A stretch of DNA of 64,000 nt from the NCBI GenBank assembly GCA_022605425.2, contig JAKIMF020000001.1:682001-746000 (forward strand), read 5' to 3'. The notes beneath the pieces were generated by a model. That model had not been told where the DNA came from. It saw only the letters and a list, made by a program, of their open reading frames with translations, and made no database searches. Position numbers and translations under genes: made by a program. Below are positions 40,162-50,744 of the stretch, one piece after another; position 1 is the stretch's first letter; each line of letters begins with the position of its first letter. This stretch comes from Hamiltosporidium tvaerminnensis FI-OER-3-3 (Eukaryota > Fungi > Microsporidia).

Positions 40162-40861
40162 TTACATTTCTCCATAAACAAAGGAAATGCATTTACTATC
40201 TAAATGTTCTAAAAATGTATAATTTGTTGAATCAAGGTAACTTTCAATATAATATATTTTTAAAATTATATATTCTGGTAAATCTTTGAAAATTTTGTGT
40301 TCTAAAAATCAAATTTTTTAAAGATTTTGGATTTAAAAAGATTAATTGTCCATCTTCTGATTGATAAAACGGTATTTTTTTGTAATCATTTTTATTTACT
40401 TTTTTTATATCAATATTTTTAGATGAAACAACAGACGAAATATTTTTGCAAATCTTAGATTTTGAGTCTTCCTGTGTAATATTTTCATAATAACTATCAT
40501 AAAATGGATTTTTAGAATAAATATCAATATGAGGAACATCAAATAATGATGAAGAATCTATTTTTACGAGTTTAATTTTATCTCCAATATTATAATCCGT
40601 AAAAAAGAGCCATCGTACAGAAAAACATTTACTGATTGTTCGCTTACAAATCGGACAAAACCCATAGAACATATAGCAGTCTTCCATACATACTTCACAT
40701 AGAATATGTCTACATTCAAGTATTTTTGGATCATCAGGAAAATCTAGACATATATAACAGTCCGTTTTATATGGAACCATAAAATACGCTATTTCTTTTA
40801 TTTTTGAATTTTTATTCGGTTTGTGCTTATACACAGCTGTATTTACGTTTAATATTTTCAT
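40162..40861 (-). CDS. C3HC4 RING E3 ligase, RNF10/Mag2-like, with one apparent +1 homopolymer insertion
   Basis: CYIC..CRHILCEVC..CPIC RING domain, and FYQSEDGQLIFLNP matches the RNF10/Mag2 FYQ..DGQ motif. Removing one base from the run at 40304-40308 extends the ORF through FKDLPEYI...YTFLEHL...FVYGEM* (232 aa). CCC lies upstream of the ATG. Confidence 0.78.
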
Positions 40862-43800
40862 AATTAAAATGGGATAAATGGTTGATTATAAATTTGTGCT
40901 TTAAAATACAAAATTGTTTTTTAAAACATTTGATTTTTATAAATTTCATTCAAAAGAAACATGATAAGTAGATCGAGAAAATATATTTTTTTACTCGCGG
41001 TTTTTTTATAAAGATCTGGATTAATATATGTTGGTGTTTTTTGATGGACGCGTCCCAAGAATTTGTCCGTAATTGTTATAAAGAAAATATATGGTATTTT
41101 GTAAATTTTCGGTGCAACCTAAGCAACTTTTAGTTTACATATTTTTTGGTCACAAATTTAAATCAAAAAAAGAAACAAAAATTAAATCTTTAGAAAGAAT
41201 TCGCACACCAATTTTTTTGTAAAAACAGTAGAAAGATATTTTACATAACGCTATCGTTAATGGGGTGCCTAAAATCTTTCGTTGGAAATATCTACATGCT
41301 ATCGTTTTATTCAATTTTTATTTACAAAATATTTATGAAGAGTTGTAGACTTCTTGTAAGTGATTTTATTATGCCGATGAAGTAGTTATGTTATAAAAGT
41401 TATCTTTCAATTTTAGCTTATAAAAAATATTAGAATGTAGAAACTGTTGACTGAGTTTGTGCTTTTTTGCTGACGAATGAGACACTATCTAATTTCGATT
41501 TGATCTTTATTTTATGACATAAAAAAACTTAATGTGTGAAATATATACAATAGCGAGATAAATTTCATTGTATAAATTTTTAATGGCTTAAGAAATCCTT
41601 ATAGGTTGATCGCAGAATAAAGATCTTTTATTCTTAATTCTAATCATCAAAGGCTCAATAAATCTGTTAATTGAATCACAAGATAAATCTCATTGCTGAA
41701 ATATTGAATTTATATAATTATTAATACTATCCCACATCAGCATTCTTTAATAAAAAGTATTTTTCAAGATATTTTATGCTTCTTCATAAAAATATTTGTT
41801 ACCTTGATCTTAATTTTCCTAAATTGTTATAAATTTTATCTAATTTATTATATGAAACGAGTTTATGTAGACAAATGAGGTATTTATAATTCAGACCGAT
41901 ATTTTAGATATATAGACTTATCATATAAATTTGCAATTAAAACGATTCCTTCTTGTAATATAACACCTTAACTGTATTTTTTAGGTAAGGCTAGACTGGC
42001 GCTATTTTAGCACACAAAATTATTTATAAATAAAAACTGTTAAACATTGCAAAGTTTAATTTCTAGGATTAACTTACTTATAAATAATCAATAAAACAAG
42101 TCGAAATTATTTAAATTCTGTAGCGATGCGTATCTAAAACCATCATTTTATAAAATATTGCAGATGAATATTACCATTGATTTATAGATCATTAAATCGA
42201 TGTATATGTTTGATGGAATTAATTTAATCAAAATAAAACTTTTAATTTCAATTGAAATCTAGATGTAAAGATAGTTCAAGAGTACTAATAATTTCAATCA
42301 ATAAACATAAGTGAATAATTGGTTTAAAATTCGATACTTTGTATTTTTTATGAAATTTTTATGTTTTTTGAATGAAATTTTTTAAAGTGAATAAATTTTT
42401 TTTCGTCTCAACCATTTGACATAATTTTAACAAAAATCTTCTTAAGTTTTCAAGATTATATCAAATGCAATTTTAAGACTAAAATACTTAGAATGATATC
42501 TGTTTTATAGTACTTGATCAATTATAATAGGAAAAATATACAATATTTTAAAAATAAAATATATTTGTCTCTAGTGTTTATAATCTCGTCAAATATCTTA
42601 AGGTGACAAGATATTTATGTAATATATAAGGTTTCCTCTTGTATAAGGAGTTTTATTGTATCAAACTTGTTTATTTCGACAATTTAATAAAAAGTAATGA
42701 GAGTTTTGAAAAATAATTTTAGATTCAATTACTTTTGGTTTAGTATAAGATATTTATTCGTGAAAAATACAACTCGACATGATTTTTACTTCAAATTTTA
42801 TCTCTTATCCAAGAGAAAGGTTGCAAAATTCTTTAAAATATTTTTTAATACTAATTTAGGTTGATTGTACCTAATAAATCTCATTTGCCAAAAAAATTCT
42901 ATTTTTTCATTTCTATTGCCGAAATTACTTTGAAAATCAAAAAATATTTATATTATTACTGTTAATACATTTGAAGTATAAACAAGCTATATTTTAGGGT
43001 TGTCTTGTTTTTTTCCCAAGAAAATAAAACCCTAAACTAAATCTTAATAAAATGAGTCTAAAATAGTATAATCTAAAATATAAAATATCTATTTTATAGA
43101 TATATAGTTCTTTATTATAATAAATTACATTTTTTAGGCCAAACATGCATTTTTTCTTAATTAATAGTAAATTTTTTTATGTACAGACTATAATCACTTT
43201 CAATCTTAATACCAATTTTATTTATATTCAATATAAGTTTTCAAAAGATTTTAGAATCAAAAGTTTAAAAAAGGAATAACTATAAACTAATAACACAATA
43301 TAATGGTTTTACTTCATTTTTACTATTAAAAAATAAATTTATTATTTGTAAGAATTTTATCTCTAATAGTTCGATTTGTTTTCGGAAATATATTTCGTTT
43401 TCTTTCAAATTCCACATCGAAATTAGTATAAATTATCATAAGTGAACTTTACATCTCGTTTTTTTATTTAAATAACGATATGAGATTAGAATGTTTATCT
43501 AAAAAAGAATTAAAAGACTGGAATAATAATATTTTTTGTTGAAAATATCGTTTCTAATTTTGTTAGAGGTATTGAATTTAAAACCCGACAGATCGAAGCT
43601 AGATTTGTATAAAGAAGCGAATTATGCTCTCTATAAAATATGTCGATGAAAATTTAAATACTTTGTAATGGTACATCGAAATCCAAATATGATTTTAATT
43701 GGTTAAATTTGTATATACACAGTGCTTTCATATAAAGTTATAATTCCATTAGAAATGAATTAAAAGTCGTTTTTTTCAGAATTATTTCATTATGTATTAC

Positions 43801-44323
43801 GTATAAATTAAAATACAACACAAAAATAGAAAACACAGAGTCATCTTTAAAATTAATAGATTCTATATATTATTTGTAGAAGTAACTCGATATATTCGAA
43901 GTAATGAATAAAAAAAACAAAAAATAACTAACAAATTTAATAAATCATAATTCATTATTTTCTACCACTATATTTACTTTTATTTTTTTATATTTGATTA
44001 AATAATTGATGTTGCTTACCCGATCCTTATCTGATCAATTATCTTAAAATCTATTTAATAATCTTTTTGTCATTTATAAATCATTTGTATTTATTTATAA
44101 GAGCTTTGAATCAAATACTAGTACGAAAGGATTTGAAAAATCATCCGTATAAAACATCAAAATTTTTAATTTGTAAATAATTCTATCTTGCTAGAAATAA
44201 AATTTGATCTAATGAATAATATTCAGAAAAAATAATTCAGATTTATCCAATTAAACTACAAAGATAACAAATGATAACTTTCGAATTAATATAAAAATCT
44301 TAGGAATTAATCTAAAATGTAAA

Positions 44324-44486
44324 TAAAGAAACTTATTATTTTAATTCAATCTAACTAAAGAAACTTATTATTTTAATTCAATCTAACTAAAGAAACTTAT
44401 TATTTTAATTCAATCTATCTAAATAAATAAACTTATTATTTTAATTCAATCTAACTAAAGAAACTTATTATTTTAATTCAATCTAA
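44324..44486. repeat. Tandem repeat, 32 bp unit, about 5 copies
   Basis: The unit TAAAGAAACTTATTATTTTAATTCAATCTAAC repeats head to tail, with one slightly longer junction. Confidence 0.95.
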
Positions 44487-44620
44487 ATCCTCCTACAATT
44501 TCGTTTTTAATGTATATTTTTTTTTATTTTTTAAATTTATTTTCTAGCTTTATGACCTTTTTAAAACCAAAAATTCAAGAATGTTCAAAGCTCTTTTTAA
44601 GACCATCCCTATAAAATTAA

Positions 44621-44908
44621 ATGCCATATAAATCCTTACTTCTCAGAGAATTCCATACTTATCAACAACCAAGCACAAGAAAAACACTTACATTCTATAA
44701 TGCAGCACTTACTCCAAATTTATATGATGAAAAGGAAAAAACATCTTTATATTTTGTATTAAATGATGTACCAACGATATTATGCACATTTATACCATTT
44801 AAATACGAAAATCAACCTTTGTTTTTTCAAATTGATCTAAATAGTAAAATATCATTTTATACTTTGGGACCAAATGATATTGATCTTTTATATTTTGAAG
44901 AAGACTGA
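44621..44908 (+). CDS. Small protein consisting of a nucleoplasmin-like (NPL) domain
   Basis: LTFYNAAL...KEKTSLYF..ILCTF..KYENQPLFF..ISFYTLGPNDIDL follows the NPL pattern of FKBP39/Fpr3/HD2 N-termini. CCC lies ~13 nt before the ATG. Confidence 0.65.
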   Translation: MPYKSLLLREFHTYQQPSTRKTLTFYNAALTPNLYDEKEKTSLYFVLNDVPTILCTFIPFKYENQPLFFQIDLNSKISFYTLGPNDIDLLYFEED

Positions 44909-45052
44909 TTTACAGATATATAAATAAATTTACACTTTGCTTTTATTTGTTTAGTATCTTAAATTTTATTAATAAATTGTTTTTCTTTCAAATAATCATC
45001 AGAAAGTATCCAACTTTTTTTATTTAAAATATCAGTCTTGGTTGCAGTAACT

Positions 45053-45767
45053 GGTGGAGAGAGCATTACACTTAAAAATCATCTATTTGGTAATTAATAG
45101 AAGAAATTGATGAATGAAATCTTTGTTTGAATTTTTGGTGGAAATAAAACTGCACTACATTTTTCTTATTTTTCAGAATTTTATATGAAGGAGAAATTTA
45201 TCTAACAGTGTAACTCTTCTAAAAAGTTAATTTGTAGTTTTTTATGTAAATAAATTGTAAATCAAGATTGAATTTGTAGGTAATTGCCATGTAAAAGCAT
45301 TCAAACTCAGCCTTGCTCACTCGGGTTTGAAGAGTTGGTGTCTGAGAAATACGAAAAACCAATTAAAAGAAATCAGAAAAATTTAATAGCAGGATATACA
45401 TGTTATTATGAATACCATGGTCTATGTGAACCCCATATAAGCCCAGAAAATATATCTTGACTGTAATTATATTTAGTCTATAAAGTGTAGAGTATGCGGG
45501 AAGTCTATTTATCTTGTAAGCCCAATGTGAATTCTGTACTGGATAATAATCCTAATCAGCAGATATTAACTAAAACACTCCGAGTATCAGATATTTTATA
45601 AACTCTGCTGTTTTTTAGACTAAAAACCTTATGAGATATATTTATTTAAAGAATAAAGGAATGTGTGTTGAAGCAGCAATTATCAATGTTAAACCTACAA
45701 CTGCGTTAGTATCATTAATAAAATATAACACTTGCCACTATTGTAAAAAGATGTGATATTTTTAAAT
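45053..45767 (+). repeat. Long structured non-coding repeat, family L copy A (most diverged)
   Basis: Shares AATTGCCATGTAAAAGCAT, CCTTGCTCACTCGGGTT, AAAGTGTAGAGTA and AATATAACACTTGCCACT..AAAAAGATGTGATA with the other L copies. Confidence 0.85.
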
Positions 45768-45948
45768 AAAAAAATTATTGAAATTTTTATTATTATTTTC
45801 TTTATTAGAAGAAAATTTACTTAAAAACTTTTTAATTTTATTAGAATTATTCTGAAGAATTTTCAATTAAAATAAATTTTAGTTTATTAGTGCATGAATG
45901 TATTTTTATTGCAAAACAAGCTCAGAAAAAAAAAGAAATAATAATAAT

Positions 45949-46273
45949 GATAGTATTAGAGATAGTATTAGTGATAGTATTAGAGATAGTATTAGGGATA
46001 GTATTAGGGATAGTATTGGTTATAGTATTAGGGATAGTATTAGGGATAGTATTAGAGATAGTATTAGGGATAGTATTAGAGATAGTATTAGGGATAGTAG
46101 TAGTGATAGTATTAGGGATAGTATTAGGGATAGTATTAGAGATAGTATTAGAGATAGTATTAGAGATAGTATTAGAGATAGTATTAGAGATAGTATTAGG
46201 GATAGTATTAGAGATAGTAGTAGAGATAGTAGTAGGAAATAGTATTGGTTATAGTATTAGAGATAGTATTGGT
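45949..46273. repeat. 12 bp minisatellite GATAGTATTAG(A/G), about 27 units
   Basis: Directly visible. It generates the low-complexity RDSI and IVLE/IVLG ORFs. Confidence 0.97.
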
Positions 46274-46576
46274 TATATTATATACTCCTTTCATCTACAT
46301 ATTATATTTTCCAAGAAAATGATTTTGTTTTATTCTTTTTAAATATTCAATTTATAGTTTCGCAAGGAAATTAATTCGAAGGTTTTAATAAATTTGAAAC
46401 TTATAAACCAATTCATATAATTGTGTAAAAATCTTATTTCATTGTTTTATACTGAAATAAAAAAAAATGAAAATAATTATGAATAGAGAAACAAACTAAC
46501 AGAAACAAAAATATTTTCAAAAACTTGTAAAAATATTTAAATTTAGAAAAATATTTAAAATATTTTGGTTTAATTT

Positions 46577-47122
46577 TTAAATTCGATAAAGATCTCCAGC
46601 CTTTTTATCCCAATAACCCTTCAATGCATTTTCATGTGTTTTAAAAGCAATGACACTTTCACTTGGTATTGTAACAGTTTCTTTCCAAGCATTTCCTATC
46701 TCTAATACACTTTCATCAGTAGTTGATGTCCACAAAGCAATTCTATTAAATGCCCTTCTGGGACTAAAAACACATCCACATATTCCATAGGCACTTTCTG
46801 AAACACAAAATGCCATTGTTTTATTCCATATGTCTGCAATATCATATTCATCATCTCTACTCAGTTCAAGAACCCATTTACCACCATTGATATTACTACT
46901 GTCTTCCCACATTGGTCGAATATTTTTTCTAAAAAAATGAATATTGCTATTCATTGGCCACCGCTCAGCAGTCTCAATATTTTCTAATGCATATAAAAAA
47001 CTTGGCACGTTTTCTACAGTGCACACATTACGTAATGAATCTTCCCAATTAGATGATGTTACTGTTTTTCTATCTTGATAATCATAATATACAGTCCATG
47101 GTGTACTTAAAGGATATTCCAT
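46577..47122 (-). CDS. eIF4E: Translation initiation factor eIF4E (cap-binding protein)
   Basis: YPL..PW, NWEDSL, IRPMWED, NGGKW and RIALW motifs. ACCCATAAT lies before the ATG. Confidence 0.95.
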   Translation of the reverse strand: MEYPLSTPWTVYYDYQDRKTVTSSNWEDSLRNVCTVENVPSFLYALENIETAERWPMNSNIHFFRKNIRPMWEDSSNINGGKWVLELSRDDEYDIADIWNKTMAFCVSESAYGICGCVFSPRRAFNRIALWTSTTDESVLEIGNAWKETVTIPSESVIAFKTHENALKGYWDKKAGDLYRI

Positions 47123-47559
47123 ATTATGGGTTAAGATATTTTTATTTATTCAAAATATAAAACATGTCACAAGGGGGTTTAAAAAAAAGGATATTTTTTT
47201 TATAAAATATTTGTTTTAAAGTGAAATCATGAAATGAAACAGAATTGAAAATATTTGGAATTACAATTTAGAATAAAAATTTGAATTAAAGATTTGATTA
47301 AAAAATAAATGGTATTTTCCTTAGTGAAAAGTGTAGAAATAGTACAAATGAAATTGTATTTATATTAATAGCTTAATGATTTGATTAAAAGTGTTGAATC
47401 GATATATTTTGATATTTATATATTCGTATAAAATTTGTTTGAAAGGTGGTTTTAAATAATCTATTATCATAAAATATAAATGGAAATATGATGTTTATTT
47501 AATATGTTGTTTCTAAACTTTCTAAATAAATATAAATTTAAGTCTTTAAAACTTTTTAT

Positions 47560-47960
47560 GGGTCACTTTGCACATGAAACCCTTGAAAATAAAAATTGAA
47601 ACCTGAATGAAAGATTGATGTGAAAATTCGGAATAATAGACCAGATATAATTAATCGAATGATAAATACTATATTTACTCATATTGAAATGTGAATTACA
47701 CTCAAGAATCTTTTCAAATCGTTGAAACTAAGAAATACAACTTTTTGCTTATTTCTTAAGTCGTATTAATAAATGTATAATTATATATTCCACTATCGAA
47801 TAACCTAGGACGTTATTGTTACAAAATACCATAAGATGTATCTTAAAAGACTACAAATACCCATGAATGTAGAGGCATATATTCAGTCATTATTATCAGA
47901 ATAATACATATGTTTCTTTTTGAGACATAAGTGACTGTAACCAAGACATAATGCTAATTA
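47560..47960 (+). pseudogene. Decayed RLE-domain fragment of the retrotransposon family
   Basis: DVKIRNNRPDI, QIVET and VTKYHKMYLKRLQIPMNVEAYIQS are nearly identical to the 5921..6547 ORF. Confidence 0.85.
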
Positions 47961-48972
47961 GAACAATTCGAGCATTCAAAAGGGAAACACACGAGGATGA
48001 ATTGATGAAAAATCCCTATAAATACAATGCAAATATCTTCTAATGAAGAAGAATTATTATAAAAGAAAACTTTAAATTTAATAATTTTATTGTAAGAATA
48101 CCGTTCTAGAAATCAGAGTATAAAATTAAAACTATATAAAAATGGCTAAGGATTTAAATAGGTGAATCACCTATTATAGAAAAAAAGGATTTAATAAACC
48201 AAAGAAGAAGAATTAAGGAAATACACTTAAATACTTTGTTAAAAAATAAATAAATTTATATAAAAGTAGAACAAAAATGAAATTACGTAAGATATTTTGC
48301 TATTTATTCATTTAATAATGAACATTTATATGTGACTTGATATGAAGAATCTTAAATAACAATACACTCTAAACGGGTTTAAATATTACATATTTCTATC
48401 TTGTAATGTTCTTCTAATTTTTTGAAAATGTATAAGCATATACGTAATATTTTTCATCTAAATTTGCTTATGAACATGTACCATATTCAAATTCAAAATA
48501 AGAATATTTTGCAAGTAAAATGTGCTAATACCTTTCTGTATTTTAATCTATTGTAAAGTTTATAGAAGTAAAAAAAATAATACAAAAATGCAAACATGTT
48601 CATTTTGAGAGTCAAAACATTATTAAATGTAGTATATATCAGTAAAAAAAAATCAACCAAATTTACTTGAAGAAACTCTTTCACTCGATAAAGCTGTTGC
48701 TTGTTTCTATAGATTATAAAAGTATTACTTCATTACACAATTTTGATAAATACAAATTCCAAAAAACCAAAAGTTATTGTATAAATGCTTCTATACTTAG
48801 ATGGAATATAATTTACATACCGATCTGTTATATTTAAGTGTTTAAAATTCTAAAAATGTTCGATTTGGAAAGATTATAGCATATTTTCATCTAGAATGGT
48901 TTTATCTTTTTAAAAACCAGTAAAGAAAATATTATATAAATAAAAAAAAAAAAATGTTTAAAGCAAATGCTA

Positions 48973-49693
48973 GTGGAGGGAGGATAACCACATAAAAATC
49001 TTTCTGCTTGGCAATGAGTGTGTGAAACTGGTGTGAAAATCATTGTTTGGATTTTTGGTGGGAATACAACCACACTACATCTTCGGTTGTTCCATGGGAG
49101 TTGTTATGAGGAGGAGAGGTCTAAGAAATGGAGAAACTTTTTCTACAAATTTATTTTTAGTTTTTTATGTAACCAGATTACAACTGTAGCTGAACATGTA
49201 GTTAATTGCCATGTAAAAGCATGGACCTAGCCTTAGTCACTCGGGTTAGAAGACTTAAGGCCTTTGCGATATAAATTAAAAACCATTTAAAGCCGGGAGA
49301 GCTAAGTAGCAGGTTATACCTGTTGGTATGACATTGCACTGTCTAGGTGGACCCCATGTAAATCTCTGAAATATATCTTAGCTAGAAGTTTATTGGGTTC
49401 AGAAAGTGTAGAGTAAGTGAAAATGCTGAATAGTCTTGGGGGAGCCCAGGGGGGGCTTCGGCCTTCGATCACACTCCATGCAACGGACATTAACGAACTC
49501 CGGGCAACTGCCTCGCCTATTAATTAGGTTCTAAACACCTGGTAAATGAAAGGCTTTGGGACGTAGGTATCGCGGGGGTTACTGATGGAGTTTTGGGGTA
49601 GCAGTTATTTATGTTAAACCTAGAACTGCGTTAATGTCATGAAACCAAATATAACACTTGCCACTATTTTAAAAAGATGTGATACTTTTAAAT
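48973..49693 (+). repeat. Long structured non-coding repeat, family L copy B
   Basis: Full-length alignment to copies A, C and D. Flanked by TAAAGCAAATGCT (48959-48971) and TAAAGCAAATTCT (49707-49719). Confidence 0.9.
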
Positions 49694-50744
49694 AAAGTTA
49701 ATCAAATAAAGCAAATTCTCATTTTCTTATTTATGATTATAGTTTGACTACATAAGACATAAGAAGAACCACTTTATAATATCTCACTTTGTATATGAAG
49801 ATATAAAGCAAAAATATAAAAAATGATTTCAAAGCAATGAAAAATTAGGTATTCGTTTTTTATCAATGTATCCAGCGATCCGATTAATTCAAATTAGATA
49901 AATTTTTATTTCAATTAATAGTTTCCTCAAATTTCTTAGAAATATAAAGAAATGTCATAAGAATACTTGAGTATTTATTTATAAGTCTTAATAATCAACT
50001 ATGCCAAACAAAATACCTTTTTTAAACGTAATTTGATATTTTTTCCTGTGTGTTTCGACTTTTCCTTAAGCAGTTATAAGAATAAATTAGTTAAAATCTG
50101 ATTTTATTAGAGATAAATTAAAATTCTTAAAAAATACCTGATATAGTAACAATCTTGGAGATTAAATGTAATATAATTAATTTAAATGTATATTGTTCAT
50201 ATGATTTGTTTTATAATATCGAGACCAAAGAAAAAAAAAATGAGCCTACAATTCAGATCATTTCTTTTATAATTGTATTATTATAAACACAACATATAAG
50301 AATTAGAGGTATTTGTTTAAGTATCATAATATTTATTTTATAATAAAATTTGTATTTTTCATAATAGAAAGATATATTTAATATATTTTTAGCACTGATA
50401 AAAAGGAATATACGAATGAATAGTATTTTAATTATAAAAACTTATAAAAATACAAAGGTGCGGTTTTAAAAAGTTTTTTTAAAAAAAGATATGAGTCTTT
50501 GTTTATGAATAGAATATAAACTTAATTGTGATAAAAGGTAAATAAAAATAGAAAAAATAATTTAAAAAACCGTATTAAATCTATACTACAGTAAATGTAA
50601 TCAAGAAATTTATATAAATATAAGTCACTTTTAAAATAGGCTTTTTAAAAAACGATATTAAAAGGAATATAAATTTATAAAAATTGAACGAACTTTATGA
50701 AAATTTACTAAGAATTCGTAAAAAATTAAATACTTTACTAAAAA

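Noticed and set aside
44324-44486. CRISPR array (32 bp repeats)
   Set aside because: The units are contiguous with no unique spacers, there are no cas genes, and the context is eukaryotic.
45949-46273. Interstitial telomere
   Set aside because: TTAGGG appears only inside one variant of a 12 bp unit and is never tandem.
49005-49030. Hammerhead core or Pol III A-box in the shared head (GCAATGAG..TGAAA; TGGCAATGAGTG)
   Set aside because: It lacks CUGANGA and the stem geometry. The A-box spacing is off, there is no consistent B-box, and T-runs follow.
49200-49640. Family L as a group I or II intron, RNase P/MRP RNA, or telomerase RNA
   Set aside because: The group I-like words (TAGCAGG, AATGCTG, ATAGTC) are in the wrong order, and there is no group II domain V. 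The P4-like AATGCTG/CAGCGTT pairing occurs only in copy D and conflicts with a stronger helix. There is no conserved telomeric template, and dispersed multicopy insertion does not fit these RNAs.
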